Source: an uncultured Verrucomicrobiae bacterium (lineage in GTDB: Bacteria > Verrucomicrobiota > Verrucomicrobiia > Chthoniobacterales > UBA10450). Taken from it: a stretch of DNA of 64,000 nucleotides. The translations under genes and the position numbers were made by a program. Below, piece by piece: positions 39,981-49,996 of this stretch; the stretch's first letter is position 1, and each line of letters starts with the position of its first letter. The notes under the pieces are model-generated. The model was not told the DNA's origin. It saw only the letters and a program-made list of their open reading frames with translations, and did not search any database. The stretch is taken from positions 416,001-480,000 of the forward strand of contig CAWIBO010000005.1 in assembly GCA_963834385.1 (NCBI GenBank), written 5' to 3'.

Positions 39981-40885
39981 AACTGACGCCTCGACAAAAC
40001 CGGTCCGGGGCGGCGCTCATGCTCGCGCTCTGGGCGCTGTTTCTCCTCGCAGCCGTGGTCATGGCGTGGGCGACGCAGATTGATGCCCGCATTTCCATGG
40101 GCGGCGCGGCCAACCGCAACCTCGAGGCGGAGGCGATGGCCTGTTCCGGCGCGGAAGTGGCCCTGCATCCCGCGATCAAACCGGGCGCGGCCGTGCTCGA
40201 GGGTCAGCCGTTGCCCGGACAATCGTGGTCGGTCCGCATCACCGGGGAAGGGGGCCGCCTCAACCTGAACTGGCTGCTCGCGGGCGAGAACCCGCAGCGA
40301 CTGGAGATCCTGCGCCGCTTCCTCGAGCTCAAGGGCATTGACCTGAATGAGCGCGATCACATGATCGACACGCTGCTGGACTGGGTGGATCCCGACAACC
40401 TGGTCCGGCTCAACGGCGCCGAGGCCGAGGGCGACTATCGCCCGGCGAACATTCTTTTCACGAGGGTGACCGAGTTGAAACGCGTCCGCGGCTGGGAGGC
40501 GTTTACCTCGCCGGAGAACTGGGATGATGAGCTGACCCTGAACAGCTCGGGGCCGGTCGATCTGCGCTGGGCGCCGCGCGACGTGCTCCTGAGCCTGCCC
40601 GGCATGGATGAAGGCATGGTCGACCGTTACATCGCTCTGCGAAGCGGCCCGGACGAGCTCGACGGCACGGTCGACGACGCGGAATTCAAGACCATGGACG
40701 AAATCCGTGATGCCCTCGGTTTTTCCATTGAACAATTCAAACAGCTTGCTCCCCTCGTGGGATTCAACGATCAGGTGCAGCGCATTGTCAGCGTCGGAAG
40801 GTCGGGCAACGTGTCGCGCACGGTGCAGATGGTTGTCCGAAAAACCGGCGCGGCCCCGCAGATGATCACCTGGAAGGAGATTTAG
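39977..40885 (+). CDS. gspK: Type II secretion system protein GspK
   Basis: GAALMLALW (no Glu5), EGGRLNLN, LDWVDPD, ELKRVRGW, LLSLPGM. Confidence 0.88.
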   Translation: MKLTPRQNRSGAALMLALWALFLLAAVVMAWATQIDARISMGGAANRNLEAEAMACSGAEVALHPAIKPGAAVLEGQPLPGQSWSVRITGEGGRLNLNWLLAGENPQRLEILRRFLELKGIDLNERDHMIDTLLDWVDPDNLVRLNGAEAEGDYRPANILFTRVTELKRVRGWEAFTSPENWDDELTLNSSGPVDLRWAPRDVLLSLPGMDEGMVDRYIALRSGPDELDGTVDDAEFKTMDEIRDALGFSIEQFKQLAPLVGFNDQVQRIVSVGRSGNVSRTVQMVVRKTGAAPQMITWKEI

Positions 40886-40886
40886 C

Positions 40887-42125
40887 ATCGAGACCAAGCC
40901 ACAGCCTGTTTACCTCATTCCCGCGCAGGGCGGCTGGAACATGGTCCGTTCTCCCGACGGCAACGGCACCTGGCAGGTGCAGGCCCTGGCCGCGCTCGAG
41001 GAGGCGGTCGCCTTTATTCAACCGGCCGATGAAGTGGTCCTTGGCCTGCCCATCAGCGCCATCCTCGCGCAGCGCCTTCGTCTGCCCACCGTGGAAGGCG
41101 AAGACTTCGGCGAGATGGTCCGGATCCAGGTCGAAAAGTCGCTCCCCTATGCGCCGGAAGAAGTCACAAGCGATTTCGATGTCATCGAGAAAACGGACGA
41201 CGAGTCCATCGTTTCCGCCGTCTCCGTCCATCACGCCAGCCTGAACGAGCTGGCCGCGCCACTTCTTTCCCGGGGCGTCATCCCGAGCCGCGTCACGGTT
41301 TACGCCGCCCAGCGTGCCGCCACCCGCGCCCATGAAGGCCCGGCTCTCCTCATCCATCCGGAAGGCGACGCTGTCGTTTCCGTCATCACGGAAAATGGAA
41401 AGCTTAGTTTCACCCGCATTTTTCCGACGTCCGAACCGACACAGATCGAGGCTGACCTGCCCCAACTGGCGCTGGGCGCCGAGATGCAGGGGATCAGCAC
41501 CACTTTTCCCAGCATTCTCCTCGACGAGAACTGCCTTGCCCTGCGGAGCGCGGTTGAGGAGACCTTCGCGCGCCGGACGCAACTGGTGGGAGTGGAAACG
41601 CCGCCCGCGCCTACGGCGCTCAACCTTCTTCCGCCCTCGTGGCAGCGGCAGCGGCAACAGGTGGCCCGGCGCGCGCTCTGGCAAAAACGGCTGCTTCTCG
41701 CCGGGGCGGTTTATCTTGCGCTCGTCCTGCTCGGGTTGCTTTACCTCGGCGTCCTGAAGTTTCTCCTCGGCAGCCTCGAGGGCCGCATCGCCAAGGACGC
41801 GCCCAAGGTGGAATTCGTGCAGGAGACCTCCGCGAAATGGGATGCGCTGGCCCCGGCGCTCGAGCCACGCTTTTACCCGATCGAAATCCTGCTGCATCTT
41901 TCGCAAAGCCTGCCATCGCCTGAAGTGCACATCACCAGCTATACCCAGAGCGCCCGCCAGATCTCCGTGGAAGGCGAGGCCAAAAGCGCCGCGCTCGCCT
42001 ATCAATTCGCCGAGAACGTGAAGAAGAAACCGGAGCTGCGGAAGTTTCAGTTCGACATGGGCACGCCGCGCATCCTGCCCGGGGGCGAGCGCGCCCAATT
42101 CCGTCTGGAGGGCAAACCGAAATGA
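40887..42125 (+). CDS. GspL/PilM-PilN-like assembly platform protein
   Basis: Cytoplasmic domain (EKSLPYAPEE), LNLLP, one TM helix, periplasmic ISVEGEA. First ATG is at 40941, but the frame is open from ATC 40887 after an SD-like AAGGAG. Confidence 0.75.
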   Translation: METKPQPVYLIPAQGGWNMVRSPDGNGTWQVQALAALEEAVAFIQPADEVVLGLPISAILAQRLRLPTVEGEDFGEMVRIQVEKSLPYAPEEVTSDFDVIEKTDDESIVSAVSVHHASLNELAAPLLSRGVIPSRVTVYAAQRAATRAHEGPALLIHPEGDAVVSVITENGKLSFTRIFPTSEPTQIEADLPQLALGAEMQGISTTFPSILLDENCLALRSAVEETFARRTQLVGVETPPAPTALNLLPPSWQRQRQQVARRALWQKRLLLAGAVYLALVLLGLLYLGVLKFLLGSLEGRIAKDAPKVEFVQETSAKWDALAPALEPRFYPIEILLHLSQSLPSPEVHITSYTQSARQISVEGEAKSAALAYQFAENVKKKPELRKFQFDMGTPRILPGGERAQFRLEGKPK

Positions 42126-42682
42126 ACTGGGCCTGGTTCGAGCGCCTGAGCAAACGGGAACGGCTCCTGGCCGTGCTGGTCGGCGGCACCGTCTTTTTGC
42201 TCATCAACTACCTGCTCTGGGACGGTCTCCTTTCCGCCGCCGACCGGACGCGGGCCGACCTGGCGGTGCGCAATTCCGAGCGGAACATCCAGAAAGTCTT
42301 CATGCAGGAGCGCGATCCCTGGTCGAAACGCGAGGCCTGGCTGAAGAAGAATCAGCCGGTGGTGCGCAACGCGGGCGAATCTTCCGCCGTGCTCGATGAC
42401 ATCAAGCAGGTGGCCTCGAAGCACAACATTGTCCTGGAAAACCCCCAGCTCGTGACCGGGGAGAAAAATGCCAACTACCAGGCGCTGGGCGCTTCCTTCG
42501 AGACGAAAACGCCCTGGCCGCCGCTGGTGCGTTTTCTCTACGATCTCCAGCAGCCCGGCAAATTTCTCGTCTTCGAAAATTTGAACCTCAGCATCGACGG
42601 CGCTGACAACACCCAGATGCGGGGCAAATTCAAGGTGACCCGCTGGTTTGCCCCGGCCGGGACGGTTTCCAATGCGAAGTAG
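42122..42682 (+). CDS. GspM/PilO-like protein
   Basis: LSKRERLL + TM helix, LVRFLYDLQ; 4-bp overlap with upstream gene. Confidence 0.75.
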   Translation: MNWAWFERLSKRERLLAVLVGGTVFLLINYLLWDGLLSAADRTRADLAVRNSERNIQKVFMQERDPWSKREAWLKKNQPVVRNAGESSAVLDDIKQVASKHNIVLENPQLVTGEKNANYQALGASFETKTPWPPLVRFLYDLQQPGKFLVFENLNLSIDGADNTQMRGKFKVTRWFAPAGTVSNAK

Positions 42683-43310
42683 CCTCCTGTCCCTGCTGCT
42701 GGTCGGAGGTGTGATTGGCACCGGCTTTGTCCTCGCCGAGAGCGAGATCCCCCAGCAGGCCCCGTTTTCGCGTTACCAGGTGATGCTGGACAAATCGCCG
42801 TTCGCCGTGGCCACGGCGGTGGCGGCGCCTGCTGCCACCCCCAACTTCGCCAAGGACCTTTACGTCGCCAATGCCGCGCGCACCGCCGATGGCGCGGTCG
42901 TCACCATCGCCTCGAGCACCGATAAAAATTTCAAGAAGTACCTGAACACGGCCGCGCCGGTGGACGGCTTTGCCATCACCAACATCGAGTGGTCGGAAAA
43001 GGTCGGGGCCACCCGCGTCACCATCACCAAGGATGGGCAGGTCGCCACCCTGAGCTTCAACCAGGCGCTGCTTGCGCAACCCGCCGCGAACGCGCCGCCG
43101 AGCGCCGCCGCGCAGCAGCCGCCCGCAGCCAATATCCCGGCCGCTCCCGGGCAGCGTCCGCAGAATTTTCCGCGTCCGGCGCCGATCCCGAGCCTGCCGA
43201 TGCCGACGCCGCCGCCGCGGGTGCGCGGGTTGATCCAGAAAAATCCGCAGCAGATCCCGGGTGTGCCTACGCCAGCGCCGAATGTTACTCCGGATCTGCC
43301 GGAGGAATAG
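42672..43310 (+). CDS. Exported Pro-rich protein of the T2SS cluster (GspC/PilP-like position)
   Basis: Signal/TM segment, SPF motif, short beta domain, Pro-rich tail. Confidence 0.55.
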   Translation: MRSSLLSLLLVGGVIGTGFVLAESEIPQQAPFSRYQVMLDKSPFAVATAVAAPAATPNFAKDLYVANAARTADGAVVTIASSTDKNFKKYLNTAAPVDGFAITNIEWSEKVGATRVTITKDGQVATLSFNQALLAQPAANAPPSAAAQQPPAANIPAAPGQRPQNFPRPAPIPSLPMPTPPPRVRGLIQKNPQQIPGVPTPAPNVTPDLPEE

Positions 43311-43319
43311 CCAGGTGCC

Positions 43320-43730
43320 TTAGCGGCCCCAGTCGTCGTCCGCCGTGTCTGGTTTACGGTCCGGGCCGGCGGAATAAAGGTCGAAGGTGTTCTGGTTGCG
43401 TTTGCCGGGGTTGAGATAAACGAACTCGGTGTTCCAGGGATCCTTGGGCACTTCGTCGAAAAGCTGGGTCCAGCGCGAGGGGAGGGGTTCGGAGGAAGGC
43501 CGGCTCACCAGCGCCTGCAGTCCCTGTTCCGTTGTGGGCATGAAACCGTTCATGCTCTCGTAGAGTTTCAGCTGGGTCTGGATGCTCTGGAGGGAGCTTT
43601 GCACAGCCACGGCCCGGCCGACCTCGACGTTGCCGCGCAGCTTGTAGATGGCGGTTCCGAGAAGCAGGGCAATGATCGTCACCACCAGCATGATCTCGAG
43701 AAGGGTGAAGGCGCTTTCCTTGTGTTTCAT
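43320..43730 (-). CDS. gspG: Type II secretion major pseudopilin GspG
   Basis: AFTLLEIM, PTTEQGLQAL, KDPW, YSAGPD...TADD. Confidence 0.92.
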   Translation of the reverse strand: MKHKESAFTLLEIMLVVTIIALLLGTAIYKLRGNVEVGRAVAVQSSLQSIQTQLKLYESMNGFMPTTEQGLQALVSRPSSEPLPSRWTQLFDEVPKDPWNTEFVYLNPGKRNQNTFDLYSAGPDRKPDTADDDWGR

Positions 43731-43840
43731 ATTTTCAAGATGTTCGGCAATGTCGGCCCGGAGTTTGCCAGGCGCAGTGGCTTAGACAACGCGAACCCCA
43801 AATTTACTCAGCTTCCCCGCGCTGTCTCCTCCCTCCGCGG

Positions 43841-44902
43841 TCAGGGCCGAAGGAGATAATCCGATTTTTCCCAGAGATATTTGAGCTGGATCTGGGTGGC
43901 CCGGATGGCTGACTTGGCGCCGCCGCCCATGATGACAATGCTGTTGGTGCCCGCCCGGAGATAAGCCGCCGGCACGACTTTTTGGGCCCGGACCCAGCCG
44001 GTATACTGAAATTGCATCTCCGGCACCAGGCTCGTCATCTGCCCGCGATAACCGGGGTCGGCCAAATCGGGCAGAAGGAGGGCGGCGTAGCCCAGCTCGG
44101 CCCCGTTGACCAGCACCTGCGGAGGCGAGTCGATCTGCGGGGCGGCCACTTCGAAGGTAAGCAGCGCGAGGAGCGGCTGCGCTTCCAGGGCAAACTCGAA
44201 GCTCGCGCTTTCGTCATAGGTCAGCCCGAGCGGGACTATTTCCTCCGCCAGGCTGGCCGTGACCGTTCCAAACCGTTCGTTGTCCTGCCCCGGGGCGGTC
44301 AACCGGGGAGAAGCCGCGAAAGGCGCTGTGACCAGACTCTTCTCATCCGCGCCCGCCGGGCGGGTGATCTCGGCCGTGCCCATCCAGTCGAGATAAACGC
44401 CGCGCACGGTGGTGCCGTCGCCCGGCACTTCCACATCGATGGCCGAGGCGCGGATGGCCGGCTTGATGACAATGGAATCGGAGATGGGCAGGTTGACGCC
44501 CGAGCCGAGCGGCCCCGAGCGAACAACCTGTTCGCCGGTCTCATCCCAGGCCACCACTTCAGGCTGGGCGTAAACCATGTCGTCGAAAAAGAGGCGGACG
44601 AGCAGCGAATGAAGCTCGGGGCGCGGCTGTTCGAAGCGAATCCGAAAAACGCTGCGCGGTTCGCCTTCGCCGTGCGGGTTGGGCGGGATGAGCCGGACCG
44701 ATTCGATCCATACCGGCGCCTGCTGTTCCTTGGCGGTGCGCGCGTTGGTCTGGCGGAGATCAAGCCAGGCGCTGGTGGTGAGGGCGCCGGTCGCATTGCC
44801 GTTGGCATCGACCAGAGGCTTGACCGGGCCGTCGCCCGTCTGGGCAAGGGTGGACGACACCACGGCGATGAAAAGGAGAATCGCTGGGGACCGTCTGGGC
44901 AT
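43841..44902 (-). CDS. Exported hypothetical beta-rich protein between gspF and gspG
   Basis: 353-aa ORF with signal peptide; no family recognised. Confidence 0.65.
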   Translation of the reverse strand: MPRRSPAILLFIAVVSSTLAQTGDGPVKPLVDANGNATGALTTSAWLDLRQTNARTAKEQQAPVWIESVRLIPPNPHGEGEPRSVFRIRFEQPRPELHSLLVRLFFDDMVYAQPEVVAWDETGEQVVRSGPLGSGVNLPISDSIVIKPAIRASAIDVEVPGDGTTVRGVYLDWMGTAEITRPAGADEKSLVTAPFAASPRLTAPGQDNERFGTVTASLAEEIVPLGLTYDESASFEFALEAQPLLALLTFEVAAPQIDSPPQVLVNGAELGYAALLLPDLADPGYRGQMTSLVPEMQFQYTGWVRAQKVVPAAYLRAGTNSIVIMGGGAKSAIRATQIQLKYLWEKSDYLLRP

Positions 44903-44921
44903 CGTTGAGGCCGACGTTACC

Positions 44922-46217
44922 TTATCGCGGCCGCACCTGCAATCCCCGTGTCATGTCGAAAACGGCCGTGAGAATGCTGAAGACAACAAACCCGACCACG
45001 ATCGCGATCAGCACGATAATGACCGGCGGAATCAGGGCCGAGATCACCTGCACGGTACGGTCGAGCTCGCGCTCATAAACATCGGCAATGGTCTGCATCG
45101 TTTCCGAGAAATGCCCGGTCTGTTCGCCCACCGCCATCATGTCGGTGAACAGATCGGGAAATAGATCCTGGGCCGACAGAGCGGTGGAGAGGGTCGCGCC
45201 ATCGACCACCGCGCGGCGAACCGCTGCGAGTTTTTGCTCGAGATAACGGTTGCCCGCGATCTCCGTCACGAGATCGAGCGACCGCAGGAGCGGCACCCCG
45301 TTTTCCATGAGCGTCCCAAGTGTCCGGGCAAACTGCGCATAGTAACGATGCCGGATGATGCGGCCGTAGCCGGGCACCGAAAGGCGAAAACGGTCCCAGG
45401 CCGTGCGCCCCTCGTCGCTGCGCACCAGCGCACGGAAGCCAAGGACGGCGCCGGCGGCGAGCGCGGCAAAGAGCCACCAGTATCCCGTGATGATCACGTT
45501 GGTCTGAAGCAGGATGCGGGTCGGCAGCGGCAGCACGCCCCCGGTCGAGGCCATGAACCCGGTCAACTGCGGCACCATGTAGGTGATGAAAAGAATGATC
45601 AGGACAATCCCGGCGAAGGCGAGGAACGAGGGATAAATGAGCGCCTGTTGCACGCGGTCGCGCAGATTTTTCGCCTGCATCAGGTGGGCCACCAGCCGGG
45701 AAAGAATGTCAGGGAGAGCGCCGCTGGCTTCGCCGGCCGCGACAAGGTTCACATAGATCGGCGGGAAAATGCGGGGGAACTCGCGGAGCGATTGCGAGAA
45801 ACTGCGGCCGTCCACCAGGGCCTGATGCAGCGCGTGCGTCATCTGCTGGACCCGCGGCTGTTTCAAGCGCTTTTCCAGGACGGACAACCCTTCGTCGAGG
45901 GTCATGCCGGCCCGAAGCAGATGCGCCAGTTGTTCCGTGAAGATTAAAAGCTGGCCATGTGGAATGCGGAGATTGGCCGACGGCGTCGGGGCGGACTCAC
46001 CGAAACGCGCCAGCGAGGGCATGGCCGCGGGCCGGGGAGCGGCGCCCTTGGTGGGCGAGGCCGCGGTGGGCGCCGGGGCTGATACCGGCTCAATGCGCAG
46101 CGGAATGCAGTTTTGCTGCTCGATCTGGCGGATCGCCACGGCGCGGTCCGGGCAGTTGAGGACGCCTTCAACGACCCCGCCCTCGGCGTTGCGGGCTTTG
46201 TAGGCGAACTGTGGCAC
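44922..46217 (-). CDS. gspF: Type II secretion inner membrane protein GspF/PilC
   Basis: FAYKA, FTEQLAHLLRAG, AGEASGAL, ALIYP, VGEQTG. Confidence 0.92.
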   Translation of the reverse strand: MPQFAYKARNAEGGVVEGVLNCPDRAVAIRQIEQQNCIPLRIEPVSAPAPTAASPTKGAAPRPAAMPSLARFGESAPTPSANLRIPHGQLLIFTEQLAHLLRAGMTLDEGLSVLEKRLKQPRVQQMTHALHQALVDGRSFSQSLREFPRIFPPIYVNLVAAGEASGALPDILSRLVAHLMQAKNLRDRVQQALIYPSFLAFAGIVLIILFITYMVPQLTGFMASTGGVLPLPTRILLQTNVIITGYWWLFAALAAGAVLGFRALVRSDEGRTAWDRFRLSVPGYGRIIRHRYYAQFARTLGTLMENGVPLLRSLDLVTEIAGNRYLEQKLAAVRRAVVDGATLSTALSAQDLFPDLFTDMMAVGEQTGHFSETMQTIADVYERELDRTVQVISALIPPVIIVLIAIVVGFVVFSILTAVFDMTRGLQVRPR

Positions 46218-46327
46218 GGCGGCCCAGCTTATCGCCGGGTGCGTGGAACGTCCAGCGGACCACTGAAACGAAAGGGGACGTAAAATCGGCGCTCGTGTTG
46301 GCGCAATTCCAGCTCTTTTTCCCGGGC

Positions 46328-47182
46328 GTGACCTTTCGTTCCCGCCCCCGCGCCCTGGCGCTTCGCTTTCTTGTCATTCTTCTCGGCCTTTTTCTGGTCG
46401 CGGACGTTTTCGCCCAGCGCCCGGGCTCGCGTCATGCCCGGGTGCGCAAAACCGTGCTGCGCGTCGCCTTGCAGCCTTTTACATTCGACACGCCGGTGAA
46501 GCGGACGATTCGCCGCACACTGGCCCCGCGGTCGCTGCGCGTGGCTTATTATTCGCCTTCCGTCATCCGGCGTGGCCAACCCGTCGACGAGGCCGCTTAT
46601 TATTTACCGCGGCGCGTTCCCCGCGCGCGTCCGCCGCAGGGCGCGGAGGAATACGATGCCGAGCCGTTTGCTGATGAGGAGGAGGACGATGGCCGTCCGG
46701 CGAACTTTGATCGCGACGAGGAAAACGAGGCGCCGCGGATGCTTGGCGGCAGTCGCCCGACCGTGGCCGGGAACCGCGCGGTCCTGCGGAACGGCGTCGC
46801 CTACGCTCCTGCCAATGCTCCGGACCGGGTGAAAGCCGCGATCTGGGCCGCCAACACCCTGCGTCGCAAACCGTACCGGTGGGGCGGGGGACATGGATCG
46901 TTTCAAGATTCCGGCTACGACTGCTCGGGCACGGTCTCCTTTGCCCTGCACCATGCCGGGGCTTTGCGGTCGCCGCTCCCGTCCTCCAGCTTCATGAACT
47001 ACGGGGAACGCGGACGGGGCCGCTGGATCACGGTTTACTCACGACGCGGCCACACCTTTGCCGTCATTGCCGGTCTGCGCCTCGACACGACCGATTTCCG
47101 GGGTGGGCGCGACGGTCCGCGCTGGCACGCCGATGGACGGAGCACCTCGGGCTACGTGGCACGCCACCCGACCGGCCTCTAG
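46328..47182 (+). CDS. NlpC/P60 (C40)-like peptidoglycan endopeptidase
   Basis: PYRWGGG, YDCSG, GHTF; N-terminal hydrophobic segment; start uncertain. Confidence 0.8.
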   Translation: MTFRSRPRALALRFLVILLGLFLVADVFAQRPGSRHARVRKTVLRVALQPFTFDTPVKRTIRRTLAPRSLRVAYYSPSVIRRGQPVDEAAYYLPRRVPRARPPQGAEEYDAEPFADEEEDDGRPANFDRDEENEAPRMLGGSRPTVAGNRAVLRNGVAYAPANAPDRVKAAIWAANTLRRKPYRWGGGHGSFQDSGYDCSGTVSFALHHAGALRSPLPSSSFMNYGERGRGRWITVYSRRGHTFAVIAGLRLDTTDFRGGRDGPRWHADGRSTSGYVARHPTGL

Positions 47183-47218
47183 GCGCCCGCTCGCGGGCTT
47201 CTGCGCGCCAGGATCAAA

Positions 47219-48433
47219 TCACTGCGCGCAATCCTCGTAGGAATCGCCGCGCAGGTGCGCGAGGGCTTCCCCCACGAAGTGCAGGGAGCCGGTGATGAGG
47301 ATCGGCTCAGAATAACTGCGGGCGGTTTCCAGGCCCGCCGGGAAATCGTCGGCTACGCTGGCCGGCGTGGCGGGATTGACGCGGTTGATTGCGGCTTCGA
47401 GCAACGGGGGCGGCAGGGCACGCTCGCTGCCGATCTGCGGAAGCACGAAGCGCGCGGCCAGCGGCGCGAGGCCTCGGATCATTTCGTCCGCCTCCTTGTC
47501 GCGCAGGATGGCGAGGATCACCGTTGCCCTGGCTTCTCCCATGACATCCCGCCAGGCGCTCACCAGGCGTTCCATGCCGGCGGGGTTATGGGCGCCGTCG
47601 ATGATCACCCGATCGTCCCAACGTTGGAAACGGCCCGGCCATTCCACGCGCTCAAGGCCGGTGGCAATTGCCGCCGCAGAAACTTCGATCCGGGCCGCGC
47701 TCAGCGCCGCCACGGCCACCGCGGCGTTCTCGCGCTGGTGCGGGCCGGCCAGGCCCACCCGGCGAGCCGGGTCCGGAGGTTCGACTTCGCGAAGCGGCGC
47801 GTTCCGTTCCGCGGCGGCCGCATGGATCACCTCGGCGGCCTCGGGAGGTTGCCGGGCGGTGACTACGGGCACGCCGGGCTTGATGATCCCGGCCTTCTCC
47901 AGGGCGATCGCGCTCAGGCTGGAGCCGAGCCATTTTTGATGGTCGAGCGCGATCGGGGTCAGGACAGCCACCGCCGGAGTGAGCGCGTTGGTGGCGTCGA
48001 GCCGGCCGCCCATCCCGGTCTCGAGAACCACGATCTCACACCGGGTGCGCTCGAAATGCAGCAGGGCGAGGACGGTGGTGATTTCAAAAAAAGTCGGGTG
48101 CGGCTCCCAGCCATCGACCAGATGGCGCAGGCGGGTGAGGCCGGCGGCGACTTCCTCGGCGCTGATCATCTCACCATCCACCCGGATGCGTTCGCGGAAG
48201 GTGACCAGGTGCGGCGAGGTGAAAAGACCGGTGCGCAGGCCCTGAACGCGGCAGATCGAATCGATCATGGCGCAGACGGAACCTTTGCCGTTGGTCCCGG
48301 CGACGTGCACGATCCGGGCGGTGGGAGACGTCAGCTGCAGCTCGCGCAGGAGACGTTCGGTGTTCTCCAGGCCAAGCTTGATCCCAAAACGCTGCGTGGC
48401 GTAAAGCCAGCCGAGCGCGTCGCGATAGTTCAC
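47219..48433 (-). CDS. folC: Folylpolyglutamate synthase/dihydrofolate synthase
   Basis: HVAGTNGKGS, FTSPHL, ETGMGGRLDATN, DGAHNP. Confidence 0.95.
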   Translation of the reverse strand: MNYRDALGWLYATQRFGIKLGLENTERLLRELQLTSPTARIVHVAGTNGKGSVCAMIDSICRVQGLRTGLFTSPHLVTFRERIRVDGEMISAEEVAAGLTRLRHLVDGWEPHPTFFEITTVLALLHFERTRCEIVVLETGMGGRLDATNALTPAVAVLTPIALDHQKWLGSSLSAIALEKAGIIKPGVPVVTARQPPEAAEVIHAAAAERNAPLREVEPPDPARRVGLAGPHQRENAAVAVAALSAARIEVSAAAIATGLERVEWPGRFQRWDDRVIIDGAHNPAGMERLVSAWRDVMGEARATVILAILRDKEADEMIRGLAPLAARFVLPQIGSERALPPPLLEAAINRVNPATPASVADDFPAGLETARSYSEPILITGSLHFVGEALAHLRGDSYEDCAQ

Positions 48434-49275
48434 TGCCCGGTGGCGAGGTATCCCAGGAGCTGCGCCACCTGCGGTCGCATCTGTTTGCGATGCACGATCA
48501 GGTCCAACAGGCCGCGTTCCTCGAGGAACTCGGCGGTCTGGAAACCCTTCGGCAGGTCCTGGTGGGTGGTTTCCTTGATCACGCGCGGCCCGGCGAACCC
48601 AATCATGCTGCGCGGCTCCGCCATGATGATGTCGCCCAGCGAAGCATAACTGGCCATGACGCCGGCGGTGGTGGGATTGGTCAGGATGGAGATGTAGGGG
48701 AGGCGGGCCGCCGCATGGAGAGCGAGGGCGCCGCTGGTCTTGGCCATCTGCATGAGCGAAAGCATCCCTTCATACATGCGGGCGCCGCCGGAAGCGGCCA
48801 CGATGATGACGGCGCACTTGTGCTTGGTGCCGTATTCGATCACGCGCGTGATGCGTTCCCCGACGACCGAGCCCATGGTGGCGGCGAGAAAATCAAATTC
48901 CATCACGGCCACGGCGACCTTGTAGCCCTCGAGCAGGCCGTGTCCGCTGAGGACGGCATCAACCAACCCGGTGGCATCCTGGTATTTCTTGAGGCGGTCC
49001 TTGTAGCTGGCCATGCCCTGGAACTGGAGGGTGTCGACCGAGGAGAGCCCGGCGTCGAACTCCGTGAAAGAGTCGGGGTCAAGCAGCATCTCGATCCGTT
49101 CCTTGGCCGAGATGGTGAAATGATAATCGCACCGGGGACAGACCCGCTGGTTTTGGGTCAGCTCAATCTCGTGCACCACCTCGGAACAACCGGGACACTT
49201 GCGCCAGAGGCCCTGCGGCATCTCGCGTTTTTTGCTCGATTCAGACCGGATGGTCGGTTTTTTGAAAATGGCCAT
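48430..49275 (-). CDS. accD: Acetyl-CoA carboxylase carboxyltransferase beta subunit
   Basis: LWRKCPGC...CPRC zinc finger, SGGARMYEG, SLMQMAKTS, GFAGPRVI. Confidence 0.95.
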   Translation of the reverse strand: MAIFKKPTIRSESSKKREMPQGLWRKCPGCSEVVHEIELTQNQRVCPRCDYHFTISAKERIEMLLDPDSFTEFDAGLSSVDTLQFQGMASYKDRLKKYQDATGLVDAVLSGHGLLEGYKVAVAVMEFDFLAATMGSVVGERITRVIEYGTKHKCAVIIVAASGGARMYEGMLSLMQMAKTSGALALHAAARLPYISILTNPTTAGVMASYASLGDIIMAEPRSMIGFAGPRVIKETTHQDLPKGFQTAEFLEERGLLDLIVHRKQMRPQVAQLLGYLATGQ

Positions 49276-49279
49276 GTAA

Positions 49280-49996
49280 TCAGGCGCGTGCCGCCGTCAC
49301 CGCGTGGACCGAAGCCGCGCCGCCCGCCCGCAGGACGCGCGCACACTCGCTCAAGGTCGACCCGGTGGTCAGGACATCATCAATTAGTAGCACGCGCAAC
49401 CCTCGCACGTCGGCATTTTTCCGTAAACGGAAGGCATTACGCAAGTTTTCCATGCGCTCCGCCCGGTCGAAGGCTGTCTGGGTGGTGGTAAACCGGACCC
49501 GTTGCAGGAGCGGACGGAGCGGCAGGTCGGTGTGCCCGGAGAGGACCTCGGCAAGGAGCTGCGCCTGGTTGAACCCGCGGGAGCGCTGCCGGGCCGGGTG
49601 CAGCGGGACCGGCACGAGCAGATCGAAGGTCTGACCCCGGAGACGTTCGTCCTCCATCGCCTCGACCAGCCACTGGCCCAGCGGGTAACGCAGGTAAAGC
49701 GCCTTGCGGTATTTGAACTCGTGCAGGAGCTGGCGGACAAGGCCCCGGCTGCGGTAGGCGGAGACCGCCGCCTCGAAATGAACCGTGCGGTGCCCGCAAT
49801 TGGCGCAGTCAAACGGGCTGGTGATGTCGCCGGGAAACGGTTCCGAACATTTCCGGCAGAACGGCGGACTGATTCTCGGCGCCCGCCGAAGGCAGGGTTC
49901 GCAGAGATACTGGCCGGCCGGCACGCTCATCCCGCAACCCTCGCAAAGCGACGGATAAAACAGGGAGACCAGCGCCCGGCACGATTCAGCGAGCAT
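49280..49996 (-). CDS. comF: ComF family phosphoribosyltransferase-like protein
   Basis: Double zinc ribbon, VPVPLH, RGFNQA, LLIDDVLTTGST. Confidence 0.9.
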   Translation of the reverse strand: MLAESCRALVSLFYPSLCEGCGMSVPAGQYLCEPCLRRAPRISPPFCRKCSEPFPGDITSPFDCANCGHRTVHFEAAVSAYRSRGLVRQLLHEFKYRKALYLRYPLGQWLVEAMEDERLRGQTFDLLVPVPLHPARQRSRGFNQAQLLAEVLSGHTDLPLRPLLQRVRFTTTQTAFDRAERMENLRNAFRLRKNADVRGLRVLLIDDVLTTGSTLSECARVLRAGGAASVHAVTAARA

